The notes under the pieces: generated by a model | Told to the model about the DNA's origin: nothing | Databases searched by the model: none | The model's input: only the letters and a program-made list of their open reading frames with translations | Source: Dehalococcoidia bacterium | GTDB taxonomy: Bacteria > Chloroflexota > Dehalococcoidia > Lucifugimonadales > UBA2985 | Length of the DNA: 64,000 nucleotides | Reading direction: 5' to 3' | Assembly (NCBI GenBank): GCA_034423135.1 | Contig: DAOUJC010000004.1 | Span: 65,738 to 129,737 of the forward strand | Translations under genes and position numbers: made by a program | Shown: one piece after another, positions 59,135 through 64,000 of the stretch | Numbering within the stretch: position 1 is the stretch's first letter | Layout of the letters: each line of letters starts with the position of its first letter

Positions 59135-61597
59135 CTATCGGGCTATCGGGTTGGCCTCCTCCCAGTTGACGATGCCCCGCTCCCGGTAGTCGTCGATCTC
59201 CTGCTGGCTGTAGCCAATCTCGGCCATGACGTCCGGGGTGTGCTGGCCGGGGTAGGGCGCCGACCGGTAGCTGCCGGCCATCTCGGAGAAGTGGACGATG
59301 CCGCCGTTGCGCAGGTACCTGCCGAAGCGTGGGCTCTCGTCCTCGACCTCCACCGCCAGCCCGAGCTCCTGGGCGTGCGGGTCGTCCATGAAGAACTCTT
59401 CATCCTCGCTGTAGCTCACGCGGACGCACGCCACGTCCTGCGCGGTGAGCAGCTCCTCCCACTCGGCGGCCGTGCGCGTGGCGAAGACCGCGGCCAGCTG
59501 CTCGATGAGCTCCTCGTCGTGCGACCTGCGGGCCGCCGGTGCGAAACGCGGGTCGCCGATCAGGTCCGCACGCCCGATGGCGTTGCAGAGCGCCTGCCAC
59601 TCATCCTCGAAGGGGCAGGCTAGGAACACCCAGCCGTCGCTGGCCTCGTAGATCCTATACAGGGCGTGGAGGCCGTAGCAGTCCGCGTCCGGCACCGCGT
59701 AGGGCGGCCGTCCATTGTAGTCGTATGCCTCGTCGTGGTTGGCCCAGGCGTTGGCGCACATCATCGTCACCTGGATCGACTGGCCCTGGCCGGTGCGATC
59801 TCTGTCCCACAGCCCCAGCATGATAGCGGTCGCGACTCCCTGGGAGGAGTTGGGGTCTGGGTTGCCCTCGTTGGCGCGCATCATGCGGCGGGACATGTCC
59901 TTGATCTCGTCCATGGACATGGGCTGGTAGGTGGGATACGGCATGCCCCTTCCGGCCTGCCGCAGTGCGCCACCGAAGAGCGCGCCTGGTATGGGGTGCG
60001 CGCCGGGCCGCCGGCTGTGCGGGCCGGTTGCGCCGTATGCGCCGACGTAGACGTGCACCAGCCGCGGGTTGATCTGCCGGCAGGTCTCGTAGTCGATGCC
60101 GAGGCGGTCCGGGACGCCCGGCCGGAAGTTGTGCAGCAGCACGTCTGCGCGAGCCACCAGCTTGTGCACCAGCTCGCGGCCCTCCTCCGTCTGGAGGTCG
60201 ACGCGAATGCACTCCTTGCCGGAGTAGGTGCGGATGTTGTTGAGGTTCACCGCTCCGACGCCGGGCATGCCGCGTCCGGGAACGGCGTCCACCTTGATGA
60301 CGCGTGCGCCCAGGTCGGCGATCATGACGGCGCCGTACGGCCCCGCAATCACGGTCGAGAAGTCCAGCACGGTCACGTCCTCAAGCGGGCGCCTGGGCAT
60401 GGGGTGGCTGCCGTTGGAGCTTGCGCCCGCCACGAGCGCGGGCTCGCGTCCGGCCAGCTCAGCGAGCACCTCTTCAGTGTGCTGTCCCAGGTCAGGCGCA
60501 GGGCCGCCGACCTCGCCGGGGTTGTTCTTCAGGTCTGCCAGCACGCCGACCACCTTCATGGGACCGACGCGCGGGTCGTCAATCTCGACGACGTGGCGGT
60601 TGTGCACGAACTGCGCATGGTTCATAGCCTCGACGGTGTGGAGGAACGGTTCGCCGGCGATGTCGCCGTCTTCGACGTAGATCTCCATCCACTCGTCCAG
60701 GGTCTTCTCCTGCATGCGCTCCAGGATCAGCTCCCGCAGCGCCTCCTGGTTCTCTGGCGTGAGGGCGGAAGTGTTCTTGAACCTGTCGTCCTCCAGCACC
60801 CAGCCGAGGCCGATGGCGCGCAGGTGGGCGTGCAGCAGCCGCGGGCTGAACTGGATGTTTGCGTGCTGCAGCCAGCGGCCGTCGCCGGTGCGCACGGGGA
60901 TGTAGCCGAGGTTGGGCAGCGTGCGCGGGCCGGGCAGCGTGTTGGGGAACTTCTCCGGGTCGATGCGAAGGAAGTAGGTGGACAGCTGCCGCCCGCCGTA
61001 GTAGGGGATCATGCCCTGCAGGACGCTGGTATCGACTCGCTGGCCGCGTCCGGCTTTGTGCCTGGCTCGCAGCGAGGCGAGAATGCCCCGCACTGCGCCC
61101 TGGCTGGCGGCCCAGGTGCCGGTCTGCACCGCAACGTATGCAGGCCCTTCTCGATGGAGCTGGCCGGCGAAGTTGTGCATGCGACCGCTCCGCGCGGCGA
61201 TCACGCCTTCGTAGCCCTTCACGTTGCTGAGCGGCCCGGTGGGGCCGAAGCCCGTGATGGAGCAGTAGATGAGCCGGGGATTGATGGCGGAGAGGGTCTC
61301 GTAGTCGACGCCGAGGCGCTCCGCCTCACCCGGCCTGTACGACTCCACGAGCACGTCGGCTTGGGCGGCCAGCGTCTGCGCCTTCTCGCGGTCGGCGGCG
61401 TCCTCCAGGTCCAGGACGATGCCGCGCTTGCCTCGATTCCACGCCAGCCAGGTGGGTTGCGAGCGGTAAGGGTTGCCGGTGGGCGGCTCCACGACGATTA
61501 CGTCGGCGCCAAAGTCGGCCAAGACCGCCGTGGTGAGCGTTCCCGGCATTCCGCAGCTGAAGTCCAACACAGTCAGTCCGCTACAAGGTCCAGGCAT
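59135..61597 (-). CDS. tandem-duplicated family III (CaiB/BaiF) CoA-transferase
   Basis: 820 aa with two full modules, each opening with the family signature: LTVLDFSCGMPGTLTTAVLADFGADVIVVEPP and VTVLDFSTVIAGPYGAVMIADLGARVIKVDAV. Confidence 0.88.
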   Translation of the reverse strand: MPGPCSGLTVLDFSCGMPGTLTTAVLADFGADVIVVEPPTGNPYRSQPTWLAWNRGKRGIVLDLEDAADREKAQTLAAQADVLVESYRPGEAERLGVDYETLSAINPRLIYCSITGFGPTGPLSNVKGYEGVIAARSGRMHNFAGQLHREGPAYVAVQTGTWAASQGAVRGILASLRARHKAGRGQRVDTSVLQGMIPYYGGRQLSTYFLRIDPEKFPNTLPGPRTLPNLGYIPVRTGDGRWLQHANIQFSPRLLHAHLRAIGLGWVLEDDRFKNTSALTPENQEALRELILERMQEKTLDEWMEIYVEDGDIAGEPFLHTVEAMNHAQFVHNRHVVEIDDPRVGPMKVVGVLADLKNNPGEVGGPAPDLGQHTEEVLAELAGREPALVAGASSNGSHPMPRRPLEDVTVLDFSTVIAGPYGAVMIADLGARVIKVDAVPGRGMPGVGAVNLNNIRTYSGKECIRVDLQTEEGRELVHKLVARADVLLHNFRPGVPDRLGIDYETCRQINPRLVHVYVGAYGATGPHSRRPGAHPIPGALFGGALRQAGRGMPYPTYQPMSMDEIKDMSRRMMRANEGNPDPNSSQGVATAIMLGLWDRDRTGQGQSIQVTMMCANAWANHDEAYDYNGRPPYAVPDADCYGLHALYRIYEASDGWVFLACPFEDEWQALCNAIGRADLIGDPRFAPAARRSHDEELIEQLAAVFATRTAAEWEELLTAQDVACVRVSYSEDEEFFMDDPHAQELGLAVEVEDESPRFGRYLRNGGIVHFSEMAGSYRSAPYPGQHTPDVMAEIGYSQQEIDDYRERGIVNWEEANPIAR

Positions 61598-61872
61598 CGC
61601 ATCCTCCTCTCCCGCGTGCGCTTGTGCGCCGCGATCCGGTGGTTACACCGGCGTCGATCTGCTATGTGGCTTCGTATGTTCTGGCTGTTGGAGTTGCTCC
61701 TAGGTTGCCGGCTTGTACCCCGATACAGCCGGCTTACGCGCTCTTGTACGGGGCAGACTTGAGATTGTTGAGCGCATTATGCCACTGACCATCACCCAAT
61801 TCAAGCAGACGCCCGGATTCAAGCACATTCCTGCTTAGGCTCGCCTTGTCACTTTTCCGTATTTGCGCTATT

Positions 61873-61896
61873 CTCAACATTGGGAACCATGTTGAG
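61873..61896 (+). promoter_or_regulatory. palindromic candidate operator of vapBC-2
   Basis: CTCAACAT-TGGGAACC-ATGTTGAG has perfect 8-bp arms and ends at the GAGGAGGG ribosome-binding site of the antitoxin gene. Confidence 0.4.
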
Positions 61897-61908
61897 GAGG
61901 GTACAACG

Positions 61909-62211
61909 ATGCAGGCCAAGAAGAAGAGACTCACACTGGACCTCGACCCTCCGGTGCAGCGGCGCCTGAAGGCGGTAGCCGCGCTCAAGGGCGTAAGCAT
62001 GAGACACTATTGCCTGGCCGCCATAGACAGGGAGCTGGCCAAGGACGAGGCAAACGGAATTGGTGGAGTCTTGTCAGAGAAGCCGGACCATGAGCTATTT
62101 GCGGAACTCCGGCAGGATGTATTTGGAGGCAAGCCTCTTCCTGGTGATTCCGTCGACCTGATTCGAGAGGCCCGTGAGATCAGGGCTGCCCAAACCGAGG
62201 GGCAGGCGTGA
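61909..62211 (+). CDS. vapB: ribbon-helix-helix antitoxin
   Basis: MQAKKKRLTLDLDPPVQRRLKAVAALKGVSMRHYCLAAI. It has a 4-nt overlap with the PIN gene. Confidence 0.7.
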   Translation: MQAKKKRLTLDLDPPVQRRLKAVAALKGVSMRHYCLAAIDRELAKDEANGIGGVLSEKPDHELFAELRQDVFGGKPLPGDSVDLIREAREIRAAQTEGQA

Positions 62212-62651
62212 ACGGGTCTGTCGTCGTAGACGCGAGCGTAGCAGTCAAGTGGCTCGTCGAAGAGGTAGACTCTGACAGAGCCCACGCCGTTCTCCAGGAC
62301 TGGGATGCTCGTGGCATTACCCGCATAGCCCCCTACCTCTTGCCCTTCGAGGTAGCCAACGCTCTCCACCGGCGCGTGCTGCGCGGCGAGCTGAACGTTG
62401 GCGATAGCACACGCTTGATCGCACGGCTGCTGGAGTCTCGCCTTGAACTGCATCAGCCGCTGCACCTCTACGGCAGGGCATTGGAGTTGGCGAGCCGGCT
62501 CAGGCAGGGCGCGGCCTACGACGCGCACTACCTGGCTCTGGCGGAGACGCTCGGCTGCGAGCTGTGGACCGCCGACGCGCAGTTCTACCGGGCGGCGAGT
62601 CCCGTCACAGGCAGTGTACGTTGGATAGGGGAGACCGCGGCCCGGGGTTAG
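62208..62651 (+). CDS. vapC: PIN-domain toxin (VapC family), paralog of 3152-3589
   Basis: VVVDASVAVKWLVEEVDSD is nearly identical to the N-terminus of the first VapC (LVVDASVAVKWLVAEEDSE). WTADAQF supplies the C-terminal acidic site. Confidence 0.85.
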   Translation: MNGSVVVDASVAVKWLVEEVDSDRAHAVLQDWDARGITRIAPYLLPFEVANALHRRVLRGELNVGDSTRLIARLLESRLELHQPLHLYGRALELASRLRQGAAYDAHYLALAETLGCELWTADAQFYRAASPVTGSVRWIGETAARG

Positions 62652-62664
62652 CCGTCAGACGGGC

Positions 62665-63243
62665 ATGGGGGCAAGCGCGAACATGACAGTAAGAGAAGCC
62701 ACCCCGGCTGACGCCGGTTCGATTGCAAGGGTTCACATCGATTCATGGCGGACCACGTATGCGGGCATCGTGCCGGCAGAGTACCTGGCCGGATTCTCGT
62801 ACCAGAGAAGAGAGTTGAGGTGGTACGAGACTCTAACGGCGGACCAGGACGCCACCAGCATGTTCGTAGCAGAAGCGAGCATCTTCGTGGCAGAAGAAGG
62901 TGGCAACGTCGTAGGCTTCGCGACCGGAGGACCTGAGCGAGACGGCGATATGACCTACCGGGGCGAGCTATACGCCATATACCTCCTTGAAGAGCACCAG
63001 AACAGGGGCCTGGGTCGCCAGCTTGTATCGGCTGTGACTCGGAGACTGCTGGCTGACGGATTCAGCTCAATGCTGGTGTGGGTGCTGGAGGACAACCAAG
63101 GCGCGCGCCGGTTCTATGAGTTGCTGGGAGGTGAACAGGTCGGCCGGAAGACCGTCACAATTGGAGGCCGTGACCTCGTGGAGGTGTCCTACGGTTGGAA
63201 GGACATTGCCGGGCTGGCCGTTGGGGCGCAGCCCGACCATTGA
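62665..63243 (+). CDS. GNAT-family N-acetyltransferase
   Basis: Acetyl-CoA-binding segment EEHQNRGLGRQLVSAV. 192 aa. Confidence 0.88.
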   Translation: MGASANMTVREATPADAGSIARVHIDSWRTTYAGIVPAEYLAGFSYQRRELRWYETLTADQDATSMFVAEASIFVAEEGGNVVGFATGGPERDGDMTYRGELYAIYLLEEHQNRGLGRQLVSAVTRRLLADGFSSMLVWVLEDNQGARRFYELLGGEQVGRKTVTIGGRDLVEVSYGWKDIAGLAVGAQPDH

Positions 63244-63306
63244 GGCCAATCGCATAGATGAATCGGTTTCAGGGACGGTAGTCGAGAGCCCAGCAAGACC
63301 TGGCGG

Positions 63307-64000
<694 letters not shown>

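Overview
High-GC bacterial chromosomal segment. Hand counts of 60-nt lines give about two-thirds G+C in core genes. A Chloroflexota-like origin is a low-confidence guess from gene content, the T-box and the repeat families. Most of the window is housekeeping: polA (5' partial), a copA copper cluster, thiI, asd-dapA, dapB, pnp, rpsO, cimA, rpsP-KH-rimM, yebC-like, uvrB, fabI, pyrF, cmk-plsC-glmS, dnaG-rpoD, a PPi-type phosphofructokinase, five tRNAs and a partial ABC-F ATPase. No rRNA, transposase, integrase or CRISPR array is visible. The accessory content is: (1) an islet at 18.6-22.2 kb between a PAC2-family gene and a T-box leader. It holds a HEPN-motif gene next to a DUF6884/YaaA-like gene, a decayed duplicate of the HEPN gene 3' end, a lower-GC PD-(D/E)xK-like nuclease gene and a DUF4160 / DUF2442-HTH pair. 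This is my best candidate for an undescribed conflict system. (2) A full-length ERG6/SMT-family sterol C-24 methyltransferase homolog lies between lysine-biosynthesis operons. (3) A lipoprotein combines a PT-rich linker, an HExxH domain and plant-type LRRs. (4) A tandem-fused CaiB/BaiF CoA-transferase sits with DUF35 and a thiolase-like gene. (5) A membrane-DUF58-transglutaminase-MoxR cluster has Ser in place of the transglutaminase nucleophile Cys. (6) A degenerate P-loop kinase-like domain fused to a deoxyribosyltransferase-like domain lies upstream of dnaG-rpoD. (7) There are two paralogous VapBC pairs. (8) A lower-GC two-gene islet is bounded by tRNA genes. (9) At least three families of short hairpin-forming interspersed repeats fill intergenic spacers. 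All functional calls come from reading the supplied translations by eye. No database search was run.
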